64,000 nt of DNA from Ignavibacteria bacterium (GTDB taxonomy: Bacteria > Elusimicrobiota > Endomicrobiia > PHAN01), in contig JBGFRZ010000032.1 of assembly GCA_041694835.1 (NCBI GenBank), forward strand, positions 57 to 64,056, given 5' to 3'. Of this stretch, positions 10,564 through 21,043 are shown in pieces. A program made the position numbers and the translations under genes. The notes under the pieces were generated by a model, which saw nothing but the letters and a program-made list of their open reading frames with translations, was not told where the DNA came from and did not search any database. The number at the start of each line of letters is the position of its first letter. The stretch's first letter is position 1.

Positions 10564-10892
10564 TTCAAAACACAGAACGCGACGGCGTATTCTTTTACAT
10601 GCGAAAGGGAAATTAAAAAATTATCCGCGGCGATATTTTTGATATAAACCGTTGGACGCCCGTCGGCAGAGTTTCTTATTTCTATATCCTTATGCGATAT
10701 GCTTTTTTTTTCGCATGCTTTCCAGACAGATTCTTTCGCTGCAAACCTTACAGCAAAGTGCTGAGAAAAGTTTTTCTTTGAAAGGCAGTATTTTATTTCC
10801 TTCGCGGTAAAAATCTTTTCAAGAAATTTTTTGCTTTTGATGAGTTTTTCTATTCTTTTTACATCAACTATATCTACACCCACTCCTTTCAT
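10560..10892 (-). CDS. acpS: Holo-[acyl-carrier-protein] synthase
   Basis: N-terminal GVGVDIVDVKRIEK motif; 110 aa. Confidence 0.8.
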   Translation of the reverse strand: MKGVGVDIVDVKRIEKLIKSKKFLEKIFTAKEIKYCLSKKNFSQHFAVRFAAKESVWKACEKKSISHKDIEIRNSADGRPTVYIKNIAADNFLISLSHVKEYAVAFCVLK

Positions 10893-10893
10893 T

Positions 10894-12723
10894 TCATTCC
10901 ACCGTTACGGATTTTGCAAGATTTCGAGGCTGGTCGACGTCGTTTCCCCTCAAAATAGCGCAGTAATAAGCGAAAAGCTGCAATGGAACCACATTGACAA
11001 GTGGAGATATAAACTCATCGACATCGGGAACTGTTATCACAAAATCTGATTTTTGTTCAATGATTCGCTCGCCGACGTTTGCCAAAGATATCACCACCCC
11101 TAGCCGCGCTTTCACCTCTTCTATGTTCGAGAGAATCTTTTCATAAACGGAGCTTTTTGTCGCAATAACTACCACCGGCATATTTTCGTCTATTAAAGCA
11201 ATTGGACCGTGCTTCATTTCTCCAGCCGGATAGCCCTCGGCGTGAATATAAGAAATTTCCTTGAGCTTTAAAGCGCCCTCAAGAGCTATTGGATAGTTGA
11301 AGTTCCTGCCGAGATAAAGAAAATCCTTCGAGTGAAAAAATTTTTTCGCTATCTCCAAAATCTTTTTGCTCCCTTTCAGAACTTCGTTTATTTTCATCGG
11401 AACGTCCCATAGAGAAAATATCATGTTTTTTACCGATTCCTTCGAGACGGAGTTTTTCTTTATCGCCCAATCAAGCGTTAAAAGATAAAGGGCCGTAAGC
11501 TGCCCGATGAATGCCTTTGTAGAAGCCACGCCGACCTCCGGTCCACAGTGTGTATAAAGAGTACTGTCAGATTCGCGAGACGCCGTTGAACCCACAACGT
11601 TAGATATGACAAGGGTGTAGGAACCGCTCGATTTTGCGAGTCTCAAAGATGCCAACGTGTCGGCGGTCTCTCCCGACTGGGTTATCGCCATCACCATGGT
11701 CTTCGAATTTAAAATCGGGTTTCTGTACCTGAACTCCGAGGCTATATCCACTTCGCATGGAATTTTAGCGTAGTTTTCAAAAAGGAATTTTCCGACGAGG
11801 CCGGCGTGGTAAGAAGTCCCGCAGGCGACTATGTATATTTTCTGAATGCTTTTTACGAGTCCTTCGGGTATTTTGAGCTCCTCATCGAAAGAGAGCCTCG
11901 ACTGCTCGGGATATATCCGCCCCCTAAAAGTATCCTGAACGGCCTGAGGTTGTTCGAATATCTCCTTCAGCATGAAATGCTTATATCCCCCTTTCTCCGC
12001 CTGAATCGGATCCCATCTTACAATATGAACCATGCGATTTACGATTTTTCTTTTGTTGTAAACTGTTACGCTGTTTTTCCTGATATCGGCGACATCGCCG
12101 TCTTCAAGATATATAACTTTTTTCGTGTAAGGTAGTATCGCGGGGATATCTGACGCGATATAGTTTTCACTTTCGCCCACACCAACTATTAAAGGGGCGT
12201 CCTTTCTTGCGGCTATCATCCTTGTCTTGTCAAGTTTTGAAATAACCCCCACGGCATACGCTCCGACTATTTCATCGATTGTGCAAAAAACCGCCTCAAG
12301 AAGATCGCCTTTGAAGTTTTTTTCGACGGTATGGACTATCACCTCCGTATCGGTCTCTGAATCGAATTTATGATTGGATTTTACAAGCTGATTTTTCAGC
12401 TCCACGTAGTTTTCTATTATACCATTGTGGACAAGGACTATATCATCATTGCATGATGTGTGAGGATGAGCATTTTCCTCCGAAGGCTTGCCGTGCGTCG
12501 CCCATCTTGTGTGACCTATACCGACGGAGCCTTTAATTGGCGAGGCTTTGATGGCAAGTTCTAACTGAGCGATTTTCCCGGTGCCCCTGATCCGTCGTAT
12601 CTCGTCGTTTTCAATCACGGCAATCCCGGCAGAATCGTAGCCCCTGTATTCAAGCCTTTTTAATCCGTCGATGATAACGGGGACGGAGTCGCTGTCGCCT
12701 ATATATCCGACTATTCCGCACAT
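10894..12723 (-). CDS. glmS: Glutamine--fructose-6-phosphate aminotransferase
   Basis: N-terminal MCGIVGYIG (Cys2 nucleophile), two SIS domains, 609 aa. Confidence 0.95.
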   Translation of the reverse strand: MCGIVGYIGDSDSVPVIIDGLKRLEYRGYDSAGIAVIENDEIRRIRGTGKIAQLELAIKASPIKGSVGIGHTRWATHGKPSEENAHPHTSCNDDIVLVHNGIIENYVELKNQLVKSNHKFDSETDTEVIVHTVEKNFKGDLLEAVFCTIDEIVGAYAVGVISKLDKTRMIAARKDAPLIVGVGESENYIASDIPAILPYTKKVIYLEDGDVADIRKNSVTVYNKRKIVNRMVHIVRWDPIQAEKGGYKHFMLKEIFEQPQAVQDTFRGRIYPEQSRLSFDEELKIPEGLVKSIQKIYIVACGTSYHAGLVGKFLFENYAKIPCEVDIASEFRYRNPILNSKTMVMAITQSGETADTLASLRLAKSSGSYTLVISNVVGSTASRESDSTLYTHCGPEVGVASTKAFIGQLTALYLLTLDWAIKKNSVSKESVKNMIFSLWDVPMKINEVLKGSKKILEIAKKFFHSKDFLYLGRNFNYPIALEGALKLKEISYIHAEGYPAGEMKHGPIALIDENMPVVVIATKSSVYEKILSNIEEVKARLGVVISLANVGERIIEQKSDFVITVPDVDEFISPLVNVVPLQLFAYYCAILRGNDVDQPRNLAKSVTVE

Positions 12724-12751
12724 ATTAGTGATTAGTGATAGTGGTTAGTTA

Positions 12752-13023
12752 GTGTCCTGTCCCGCAAATACCTTTACATTTGAAGGGTAAGATTTGAGAC
12801 GGATTCAAGAAACGACGAGTGCGGTGTAGTCTCTGGACTACATAAACGAGGAGTGACGCAGAAGCCGTCCAAATAATACCCTTCCCGAAGGGCTGATGTC
12901 TTTTGTTCATCGTCGGCGTTGCTCGTCGCTCACATACCGCAGAGGGTATGCTTCGCTCCTCGCGCCTTGACGCTGAAACAAAATACGAACAGCGAATGTA
13001 AAGGTATTTGCGGGACAGGACAC
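12752..13023. repeat. 272-bp element bounded by perfect 29-bp inverted repeats (GTGTCCTGTCCCGCAAATACCTTTACATT / AATGTAAAGGTATTTGCGGGACAGGACAC) filling the glmS 5' leader; candidate structured leader RNA or MITE
   Basis: Exact reverse-complement termini at 12752-12780 and 12995-13023; GC-rich interior with several local hairpins (CCCTTCGGGAAGGG, GTAGTCCAGAGACTAC). Confidence 0.5.
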
Positions 13024-13048
13024 TACATCTTATCACTCAATTAACTTA

Positions 13049-13771
13049 TCAGCCTGCTTTGTTTATTTTTTCTATCATTTCTCTGACGGCGTTATCCAGT
13101 CCGACAAACACCGCTCTCGCTATTATCGAAAAACCGATGTTCAACTCGTTCATACCGGGAATTTTAACCACAGAAGTTACATTATCGTAATTTAAACCGT
13201 GGCCGGCGTTCAAAATAACTCCGTTTTTTAAGGCGATTGCCGCTGCTTTTTTTAAAGTCCCGAGATTTTTTTCACATTCCTCTTTTGTAGGGCTATTCGC
13301 ATAAATACCCGTATGAAGCTCGACACAGTCGGCGCCTACTTTTTTCGATGACACTATCTGCGATTCTTCCGCGTTTACAAACATGCTCACTCTGATGCCG
13401 GCCGATTTCAACCTCGCGACGACGCTTCTGAGATAATCTGCGTTGCCCGCAACATCCAGACCCCCCTCGGTTGTAAGTTCGCTTCTTTTTTCCGGGACGA
13501 GACAGACATCGTGGGGCATGAGTTCTAAAGCTATTTTTATGATATCTTCCGCCGCCGCCATTTCAAGGTTTAACTTTGTATTTATGTTTTTCTTTAAATC
13601 ATAGACATCAGCGTCCTGTATGTGCCGCCTGTCCTCTCTCAAATGGACTGTTATCCCGTCGGCGCCCGCTTTTTCGCAAACGAGAGCGGCCTCAAGGAGA
13701 TTTGGAAATCCCTCTTTCCTCGCCTGCCTTAGGGTTGCGATGTGATCTATGTTTACACCAAGTTTTACCAT
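13049..13771 (-). CDS. pdxJ: Pyridoxine 5'-phosphate synthase
   Basis: LGVNIDHIATLRQAR...GADGITVHLREDRRHI motifs. Confidence 0.9.
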   Translation of the reverse strand: MVKLGVNIDHIATLRQARKEGFPNLLEAALVCEKAGADGITVHLREDRRHIQDADVYDLKKNINTKLNLEMAAAEDIIKIALELMPHDVCLVPEKRSELTTEGGLDVAGNADYLRSVVARLKSAGIRVSMFVNAEESQIVSSKKVGADCVELHTGIYANSPTKEECEKNLGTLKKAAAIALKNGVILNAGHGLNYDNVTSVVKIPGMNELNIGFSIIARAVFVGLDNAVREMIEKINKAG

Positions 13772-13819
13772 AAGTTTTTATCGCGGCAAGGGATAACGGG
13801 AAAAATACTTCGCCACGAT

Positions 13820-15181
13820 TTATAATGTACTTCCCGCCGAAGCCGATTCGGACAGAAAAATCTTTTTCAACTCCTCGGCCGTTTTTCTGATTTTTTTTTC
13901 GCTTTTACCTTCTATCATTATCCTCAAAAGCGGTTCGGTGCCGGAATATCTTACAAATATCCTTCCATCTTCGGCCAAAACATTTTCTTCCTCTTTTATC
14001 TTTTTCATAAATCCGGGCAGGTTCTCAATCGGAATTTTTTTCGGCACGGCGACGTTCAACATAACCTGCGGATACATTTTTATAGATCCGGCGAAACGCG
14101 AGAACCTCTTTCCAGTTTCTTTCGTGGCGGACAAAATACGCAATGCCGTGAGAATGCCATCGCCCGTCTTCGCGTATTTTCTGAAAATTATATGTCCCGA
14201 CTGTTCCCCTCCTATTAGCGCTCCGTTTTTTTTCATCCCTTCCAAAACATACTTGTCGCCGACGTCTGTCGTCAGAACATTTATTTTTTCATCTTTCATT
14301 TTTTTCATAAAACCCAGGTTTGTCATAACCGTAACGACGACGTTGTTTGGATTCGGCTCTTTTTTGTTTTTCAGGTAAATAGCATATCCTCCTATTATCT
14401 GGTCGCCGTTGATATAATTTCCGCGCTCGTCGCAAAAAACAGCGCGGTCGCCGTCGCCGTCAAAAGCAATTCCACAAAAAGCGCCCTGCCTTACAGTCGC
14501 GTTTTGAATCAGAGCGGGATAAAGCGAGCCGCAGTTTCTGTTTATATTTTTCCCGTCAGGTTTTGTGTTTAAGGCCAGCACCTCGGCGCCAAGATCGGCA
14601 AAGACGCCCGGGGCGATGGCAAAGGTTGAGCCATTAGCACAGTCCAATACTATTTTCATGCCTGAGAGGTCATCCTTCACCGTTTGCTTCAAAAACGAGA
14701 TGTATTCGTTTTGAAGGCTGTAATTCACGGCATTATTCGCGCTGTTTTTCTTTTTTTGCAACGGCACTTTGGAATTGAAGTACTCTTTTTCTACTTCACT
14801 TTCGATTTTTGGGGGAAGTTTTTCGCCATATTTGGTGAAGAATTTTATGCCGTTGTCCTGCCAGGGATTGTGAGAGGCCGAGATTACGACCCCGGCTAAA
14901 TATTTGTTTTTCTCAACGAGATGCGACACCGCGGGAGTGGGGATTATACCGACGTTTACAACGATAATGCCGGATTGGCGCAGCCCCGAAGAAAGTTTTT
15001 CGAATATAATGCCAGACGAGCATCTTGTATCCTGACCTATGATCGCTTTTGGTTCGACCCCTTTGTATTTTTTTCTTAAAACTATACCCGCGGCATATCC
15101 AAGTTTCACTATGTTTCTATCTATAAGAAATCCACAACCATATCTGCCTCGGATGCCATCGGTTCCAAATAAGGTCTTCAT
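13820..15181 (-). CDS. glmM: Phosphoglucosamine mutase
   Basis: GTDGIRG N-terminus, active-site SASHNP, GGEQSGH. Confidence 0.9.
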   Translation of the reverse strand: MKTLFGTDGIRGRYGCGFLIDRNIVKLGYAAGIVLRKKYKGVEPKAIIGQDTRCSSGIIFEKLSSGLRQSGIIVVNVGIIPTPAVSHLVEKNKYLAGVVISASHNPWQDNGIKFFTKYGEKLPPKIESEVEKEYFNSKVPLQKKKNSANNAVNYSLQNEYISFLKQTVKDDLSGMKIVLDCANGSTFAIAPGVFADLGAEVLALNTKPDGKNINRNCGSLYPALIQNATVRQGAFCGIAFDGDGDRAVFCDERGNYINGDQIIGGYAIYLKNKKEPNPNNVVVTVMTNLGFMKKMKDEKINVLTTDVGDKYVLEGMKKNGALIGGEQSGHIIFRKYAKTGDGILTALRILSATKETGKRFSRFAGSIKMYPQVMLNVAVPKKIPIENLPGFMKKIKEEENVLAEDGRIFVRYSGTEPLLRIMIEGKSEKKIRKTAEELKKIFLSESASAGSTL

Positions 15182-15275
15182 CCTGCCCTCAGATAGAGCC
15201 AGATTAGAATGGCGAAAATGACCGCTATTATTTTTAATTCAATGTTTTCCTTGAGTTTTTCAATTAGCTTCTTCA

Positions 15276-16067
15276 TCATTTAACATTCCTGCGCTCGGCG
15301 AATCCGTCGCCGCCTTGAGGGGTAAACATCTTGAGCATATGCTTTTCAGTTTCATCGATATTTATGTTGTAATGAAGCTGACCCCTTCTTGCAAGAGAAA
15401 CCTCTCCGGTTTCCTCCGAGACGACGATAATTACTGCGTCGGATATCTCGCTTAAGCCTAAAGCGGCTCTATGTCTTGTCGCACCGTGCGGTATTTCCTT
15501 TTCTATGCTCAAAGGGAGTATGCATCCGGCGGAGAGCAACTTGGTGTTGCTTACTATCACAGCGCCGTCGTGGAGCGGCGATTTGTCCACAAATATAGAA
15601 AGTATAAGCTCTTTCTTTACGTTCGCGTTCAAAACCGTTCCTGCATCTATGTAATTCTTAAGTCCCGTTTTCCTCTCGAAAACTATAATGGCGCCGGTTT
15701 TTGTTTTGGACAACTCCCTTATAGCATCAAATGTCTCCTTTAAGAACTCGACGTTGTCAGCCATAAAGAACTTTCCTATCGGTTGTGTCCCGAGGAAAGC
15801 AAGAACCGACCTTATTTCCTGCTGGAATATGATGGCGGCAAGTATTATGCCGGCAAGCCAAAATTGATTCAGTATCCAGTTGAATGTCTTTAAACCAAGT
15901 AATTTGGATACTATGGTGAGGAAAAAAATAAGGATTATCCCGAGGAATATCTGTATCGTCCGAGTGCCCCTGAAAAGCAAAAGGAGCCTGAAGATAATGT
16001 AACTGATTATCGCTATATCTAAAACATGAACAAGGAAATTTTTCCAGACGTCGACTAAAATATCCAT
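15276..16067 (-). CDS. cdaA: Diadenylate cyclase (c-di-AMP synthase, membrane-anchored DAC domain)
   Basis: N-terminal TM helices; DAC-domain motifs GAIIV...LHDGAVIV...GTRHRAALGLSE...DAVIIVVSEETG. Confidence 0.85.
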   Translation of the reverse strand: MDILVDVWKNFLVHVLDIAIISYIIFRLLLLFRGTRTIQIFLGIILIFFLTIVSKLLGLKTFNWILNQFWLAGIILAAIIFQQEIRSVLAFLGTQPIGKFFMADNVEFLKETFDAIRELSKTKTGAIIVFERKTGLKNYIDAGTVLNANVKKELILSIFVDKSPLHDGAVIVSNTKLLSAGCILPLSIEKEIPHGATRHRAALGLSEISDAVIIVVSEETGEVSLARRGQLHYNINIDETEKHMLKMFTPQGGDGFAERRNVK

Positions 16068-16076
16068 TGCATTATT

Positions 16077-16109
16077 TTATCTCGTTAGAGGTCTCCGTGG
16101 TTTGTTCAT
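16077..16109 (-). other. Conserved leader cassette copy X: 10-codon uORF (MNKPRRPLTR) about 9 nt upstream of the cdaA ATG
   Basis: Shares CAGRGTYGATGAACAAACC plus about 45 nt of upstream similarity with copies at 42688-42720 and 43805-43837. Confidence 0.35.
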
Positions 16110-16221
16110 CGACTCTGTATTCTTTGGCTTTACCATAAACCCTCTAAAACTTCTAATGTGGCTTCCCATAAATCTCCTGATACCGGGGATTCAAATGTAA
16201 ACACCACACTAACGGGTTTTA

Positions 16222-17052
16222 TCAAAAAACCGATAAAACATTGAAGAAATCCCTCGTGGCCTTCACATCGTGAACCCTGAAAATCCTCGCTCCATTCAGA
16301 TACGCCGACATATTCGCCGCCATCGTCCCGAAAAGTCTATCTTCCGGAGGAGCGTCGTCAAGTATTTTTCCGATGAACGACTTTCTTGACAATCCGACGA
16401 CGATTGGTCTTTTTAACTCGAGAAATTCGTTTAATTTTTTTATCAGAGCGATGTTGTGCTGAAACGTCTTTCCGAAGCCTATACCGGGATCTATCATTAT
16501 GTTTTCAGAACCGATTCCTTTTTTTAAAGCGAAATCGAGCCTTTCCGTGAAAAAATCTTTTATCTCTTTGACGACATCGGAGTATGAAGGATTGTTTTGC
16601 ATAGTTTCGGGGCTACCCTTCATATGCATCAATATCACGCCAACGCCAGATGCAGCGGCCACACTTGCCATTTCTCCATCGTCGTAAGTCAAGGCATATA
16701 TGTCGTTAATTATCACAGCGCCGCACTCAATCGCTTTACGCGCCACAGCAGGCTTATAAGTGTCTATTGATAAAGGTATTTCAAACTTTTTTGATATTTC
16801 CTCTATTACCGGCAGAACGCGACGCACTTCTTCATTGACTTCCACGGCTTTAGAGCCCGGGCGCGTCGATTCGCCGCCCACATCTATAATATCGGCACCG
16901 TCTTCTATCATGCTTTCCACACGTCTTAAAGATGTCTCCAAATCGGCGTGTCCGGCTCCATCATAAAATGAATCCGGTGTGACGTTTAAAACCCCCATTA
17001 CAAGAGGTCTATCCGAGATATCAAATGTCTTCTCCTTTGCTTTGAAAATCAT
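16222..17052 (-). CDS. folP: Dihydropteroate synthase
   Basis: GADIIDVGGESTRPG motif, pterin-binding TIM barrel. Confidence 0.9.
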   Translation of the reverse strand: MIFKAKEKTFDISDRPLVMGVLNVTPDSFYDGAGHADLETSLRRVESMIEDGADIIDVGGESTRPGSKAVEVNEEVRRVLPVIEEISKKFEIPLSIDTYKPAVARKAIECGAVIINDIYALTYDDGEMASVAAASGVGVILMHMKGSPETMQNNPSYSDVVKEIKDFFTERLDFALKKGIGSENIMIDPGIGFGKTFQHNIALIKKLNEFLELKRPIVVGLSRKSFIGKILDDAPPEDRLFGTMAANMSAYLNGARIFRVHDVKATRDFFNVLSVF

Positions 17053-17068
17053 CTTATGAGATTCTCGT

Positions 17069-17662
17069 TCATCTTCCGGAAATCAACGCCATAGCCTCAG
17101 CGCGAGTCTTCGGGTCACTCTGGAAAACCCCCCTCACGGAAGATGTCACCACCCTGGCGCCGGGTTTTTTTATCCCTCTCATCGTCATGCAGAAATGCTC
17201 CGCTTCGATGACGACTATCGTTCCATGCGGTTTCGCCACTTCCATTATGGCGTTCGCTATCTGTTGGGTTATTCTCTCCTGGAGCTGGAGTCTTCTTGAA
17301 TAAGCGTCGACGATTCTGGTGAGTTTTGAGATGCCTAAAAGACGGTCTTTCTTCGGTATGTACGCTATGTGAGCCTTCCCGAAAAATGGGAGAAGGTGGT
17401 GTTCGCAGAGACTGTATACCGGGATGTCCTTTATGAGAACTATCTCTTCGTGGTTTTCGTCCTCATAATGAACTCTTAGTATTTTTTGGGGATCGACGGC
17501 ATTGCCCCACAAAGCCTCTCTATAAAACTCGGCAACCCTTTTAGGCGTGTTTTTGAGTCCCTCCCTTTCGGGATTTTCTCCCACGGCCAGAAGCAATTTC
17601 CTGATTATCTTTTCAATTTTTTTAACGTCCATCTTCGGAATGTTGAGGCGATGCAATTTCAT
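17069..17662 (-). CDS. folE: GTP cyclohydrolase I
   Basis: CEHHLLPF...HIAYIP motifs; 197 aa. Confidence 0.9.
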   Translation of the reverse strand: MKLHRLNIPKMDVKKIEKIIRKLLLAVGENPEREGLKNTPKRVAEFYREALWGNAVDPQKILRVHYEDENHEEIVLIKDIPVYSLCEHHLLPFFGKAHIAYIPKKDRLLGISKLTRIVDAYSRRLQLQERITQQIANAIMEVAKPHGTIVVIEAEHFCMTMRGIKKPGARVVTSSVRGVFQSDPKTRAEAMALISGR

Positions 17663-19505
17663 TTAAGTGCTCGTTTGCATTTGTGAAAACGGTGCCGTTT
17701 ATAGGCGCAAGAGTACCGCCGGAAAGAATTGTGTCTACATCTTCTCCGTCAAGAACCTCCCTTTCGATAAGAAACTTCGCGAGGTGCACAAGTTTTTCCT
17801 TGTTGGCGCCAAGTATTTCAGATGCGCGGTTTTTGCATTTTTCAACTATATCTTTTGTTTCGGCGTCTATTATTTCAAGGGTTTTTTCCGAGAGGTGGTT
17901 CTGCCTCGCTATCTCTCTGCCGAGGAAGATTTCCTCTTCAGGTTTCTTTAACGAAAGGGGGCCGAGTTTCTCGCCCATGCCGAACTCATAGACCATCTTT
18001 CTTGCAACATCGGTTGCCTTTGAAAGGTCGTTTTGTCCACCGGTCGTTATCTCGTTGAACATCAACTCCTCGGCGCATCTTCCGGCGAGCAACACTGAAA
18101 GTCTTGCAAGGATTTCAGTTTTTGTCGTCAGATACTTGTCTTCAAGAGGGAGCTGAAGGGTGTATCCAAGCGCTGGTCCGCGCGGTATTATCGATACCTT
18201 ATGGACGGGGTCTGTTCCGGGCAAAATTTTTGCGACGAGGGCGTGGCCCGCCTCGTGATACGCTATTATGTTTTTCTCATGCTCGGATATCATCCTTGAT
18301 TTTCTCGCCGGGCCTGCTATAACCCTGTCGATAGCCTCTTCCATCTCCTCCATATTGACGGCTTCATTGTTTTTTCTCGCCGCAAGAAGCGCCGCTTCGT
18401 TGACGAGGTTTGCTATGTCCGAGCCAACAAAACCCGGCGTCCGTCGGGCTATTATCCTTAAATCCACTTTATCTCCTATACGCACTCCCCTGCAATGAAC
18501 TTTCAATATCTCTTCGCGTCCCTTCAAATCCGGGGTGGGAACGTTTATGTGTCTGTCGAATCTTCCAGGCCTTAAAAGCGCCGGATCCAGAACATCGGGT
18601 CTGTTTGTCGCTGCTATGAGAATCACCCCCTCTTTAGTGTCAAAGCCGTCCATCTCAACAAGAATCTGATTTAGGGTCTGCTCCCGCTCGTCGTGACCGC
18701 CGCCGATACCCGCGAATCTATGTCTGCCTACGGCGTCTATCTCGTCTATAAATAAAAGACATGGGGCACTCTTTCTTCCCTGCTCGAACAAATCCCTGAC
18801 TCTGGAGGCGCCAACGCCGACAAACATCTCGACAAACTCGCTCCCCGAAGACGAAAAGAAAGGAACCCCCGCTTCACCGGCGACAGCTTTCGCAAGAAGG
18901 GTTTTTCCCGTACCGGGAGCGCCGTAGAGCAGCACGCCTTTCGGTATTTTTCCGCCGAGCTTCTGGAATTTTTTCGGGTCTTTCAGAAATTCTATTATTT
19001 CTTTCAGTTCTTCTTTCGCCTCGTCGCATCCGGCGACGTTTTCGAAAGTTATCTTTTGATCCTTCTCCGACCTGAGTTTCGCCTTACTTTTTGCAAAAGT
19101 CATAACCTGCCTGCCACCGCCCTGCATATTGCGTAGCATGAATATCCAAAAGATGATAAACAGCAGTATCGGGCCAAAGTTCAGGAGAATCGTTCCGAAC
19201 CATCCCGCCCCTGTTTCCGCCGAATAACTTTTAACCCCGTATTTTGAGAGTTCGTCCGCAAGGCGGCTGTCGGGAAGGGCGGTGGTTTTGAATTTTATTT
19301 TTTTATCGTCGACGAGATACTCGCCTCTGAGCACATTTTCCTTTACAGTCAATCTTTCCACTTTGCCTTCTTTCAATTTTTCGTAAAAAGTGGAATATGG
19401 GATATCTTCGACGAGAGTGGACTCCCTGTATGTCCTCGTTAAGTAGAATATCGCAAAAAATAAAAGCACCCAAATCAAAAGGCTTGTCCAGTTTCTTTCC
19501 TTCAT
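17622..19505 (-). CDS. ftsH: ATP-dependent zinc metalloprotease FtsH
   Basis: Two TM helices, AAA+ Walker A GPPGTGKT-like [13 protein letters not shown] zinc motif. Confidence 0.95.
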   Translation of the reverse strand: MKERNWTSLLIWVLLFFAIFYLTRTYRESTLVEDIPYSTFYEKLKEGKVERLTVKENVLRGEYLVDDKKIKFKTTALPDSRLADELSKYGVKSYSAETGAGWFGTILLNFGPILLFIIFWIFMLRNMQGGGRQVMTFAKSKAKLRSEKDQKITFENVAGCDEAKEELKEIIEFLKDPKKFQKLGGKIPKGVLLYGAPGTGKTLLAKAVAGEAGVPFFSSSGSEFVEMFVGVGASRVRDLFEQGRKSAPCLLFIDEIDAVGRHRFAGIGGGHDEREQTLNQILVEMDGFDTKEGVILIAATNRPDVLDPALLRPGRFDRHINVPTPDLKGREEILKVHCRGVRIGDKVDLRIIARRTPGFVGSDIANLVNEAALLAARKNNEAVNMEEMEEAIDRVIAGPARKSRMISEHEKNIIAYHEAGHALVAKILPGTDPVHKVSIIPRGPALGYTLQLPLEDKYLTTKTEILARLSVLLAGRCAEELMFNEITTGGQNDLSKATDVARKMVYEFGMGEKLGPLSLKKPEEEIFLGREIARQNHLSEKTLEIIDAETKDIVEKCKNRASEILGANKEKLVHLAKFLIEREVLDGEDVDTILSGGTLAPINGTVFTNANEHLNEIASPQHSEDGR

Positions 19506-20065
19506 TTTTCTCCTCTGTATATTTCAGGTTTTAATATTCCCACATAGGGCAGATTTCTGTATCTTTCCCTATAATCAAGACCGTATCCTACGAGAAATTT
19601 GTTTGGAACATCAAAACCCTTGTAATCGACTCTTACCTCTTTTCTTCTGGCCTCGAATTTATCGAGCAAGACGCATACTTTGAGAGATGCCAGATCTCTT
19701 GTCATAAAGTTTCTTAAAATATAATCAAGCGTATAGCCGGTATCGACTATGTCTTCAATAATGAGAATGTCTTTGCCAACAGGAGATTCCCTTAGATCCA
19801 TAATCATCCTTACAACGCCCGATGTCTCAATCCCGCCCCGATAAGATGAAACCGAAATAAAATCCACTTTGCACGGCATCGAGATATTTCTCATCAAATC
19901 TGCAAGAAACACGATGCTTCCCTTCAGGATGGAAACGAGAGTAAGCTCTTTGCCGCGATAATCTTCGGATATCCGAACGCCGAGTTCCCTGACTTTTTCT
20001 CTGATAGCGTCCTTTTCGATTAGAACTTTTTCGATGTCGTCGTTGGGGTTTATTGAAAACTTCAT
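19502..20065 (-). CDS. hpt: Hypoxanthine-guanine phosphoribosyltransferase
   Basis: PRPP-binding loop ILIIEDIVDTGYT. Confidence 0.85.
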   Translation of the reverse strand: MKFSINPNDDIEKVLIEKDAIREKVRELGVRISEDYRGKELTLVSILKGSIVFLADLMRNISMPCKVDFISVSSYRGGIETSGVVRMIMDLRESPVGKDILIIEDIVDTGYTLDYILRNFMTRDLASLKVCVLLDKFEARRKEVRVDYKGFDVPNKFLVGYGLDYRERYRNLPYVGILKPEIYRGEK

Positions 20066-20071
20066 AATATC

Positions 20072-21043
20072 TTAACCTGAACGCCCGACCAGATATGCCG
20101 ACTTTCGCTTTTTTTCAATCAGATATCTACCTACAGAAAGACGACGGGATGAAATGTCTGACAAAAAGGCATTTATCCTGAAGAATAAATCAAAATCAAG
20201 CGGGCGACCGAGCCAGCTTCTTACCACCTCATACCTTACTATGTTATTATACCGAAAAAAGTGGGATAAATCAAGAACTCCGTCGGTAACACAACTGACG
20301 ACCGCCTTTTTTGAATACGCGGCAAAAAAATCGTCCAAATCGCAAAGCAACGACGAAAGGTTGTTCAGATGCCTTATGACCGAAGGCCTGAATTTTTCAA
20401 GATATGGAATTATTTTGTTTCTGATTTTGTTTCTGAAAAATTTATCGCTCAAGTTGGTTTTATCAAGTGAATATCTGAATCTATTTTGCGAAAGATATCG
20501 CATTATCTCTTTTTTCTCAAAAAAAAGAAGTGGTCTTGAGACGCAAACCTTCGGTGAAAGCCATCTTTTCAACGGAATGCCGGCAAGACCTTTAAGACCG
20601 ACTCCCCTGAGCAACCACATTATTACCGTCTCGGCGTTGTCGTTCGCGGTGTGGGCGGTCATTATTTTATTGAAACCGTTTTTCACGGCAATATCAAGGA
20701 GATTTTTGTACCTTAAATCCCTTGCCTCTTCTTCGATAGACGCCATTTTCTGGAGATGAATTTTTCTGACGACAAATCTCCATTTGTAAGAACCGGCTAT
20801 TTTTTTTACAATATCCACGTCTTTTTTTATCTCAGAGCGAGGCCTGATAGGGTGATCGAAATAGACAAGGATAGCATCGATATTGAACAATCTCCGATAT
20901 TTTCCCAGAAGGTGAGCAAGACAGACAGAGTCCACCCCGCCTGATATGGAAAGTATTATTCTGTCGTTTTTTCCGATGAGTTCGTACTTCTTGCAGTTTT
21001 CGGCGAATTTTTTATCAAGCATTAAGGTGGGGGTCGAACCCAC
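20072..21043 (-). CDS. tilS: tRNA(Ile)-lysidine synthetase
   Basis: PP-loop SGGVDS; conserved tilS-hpt-ftsH order. Confidence 0.85.
   Translation of the reverse strand: MGSTPTLMLDKKFAENCKKYELIGKNDRIILSISGGVDSVCLAHLLGKYRRLFNIDAILVYFDHPIRPRSEIKKDVDIVKKIAGSYKWRFVVRKIHLQKMASIEEEARDLRYKNLLDIAVKNGFNKIMTAHTANDNAETVIMWLLRGVGLKGLAGIPLKRWLSPKVCVSRPLLFFEKKEIMRYLSQNRFRYSLDKTNLSDKFFRNKIRNKIIPYLEKFRPSVIRHLNNLSSLLCDLDDFFAAYSKKAVVSCVTDGVLDLSHFFRYNNIVRYEVVRSWLGRPLDFDLFFRINAFLSDISSRRLSVGRYLIEKKRKSAYLVGRSG

Noticed and set aside
12752-13023. Possible glmS ribozyme in the glmS leader
   Set aside because: The conserved glmS ribozyme core sequences and the P2 pseudoknot signature are not visible in the leader. 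Kept only as an uncharacterised structured element.
12749-13036. 95-aa minus-strand ORF coinciding almost exactly with the inverted-repeat-bounded glmS leader element
   Set aside because: Arg/Cys-rich, no recognisable fold, no RBS. Most likely a chance ORF in GC-rich structured sequence.
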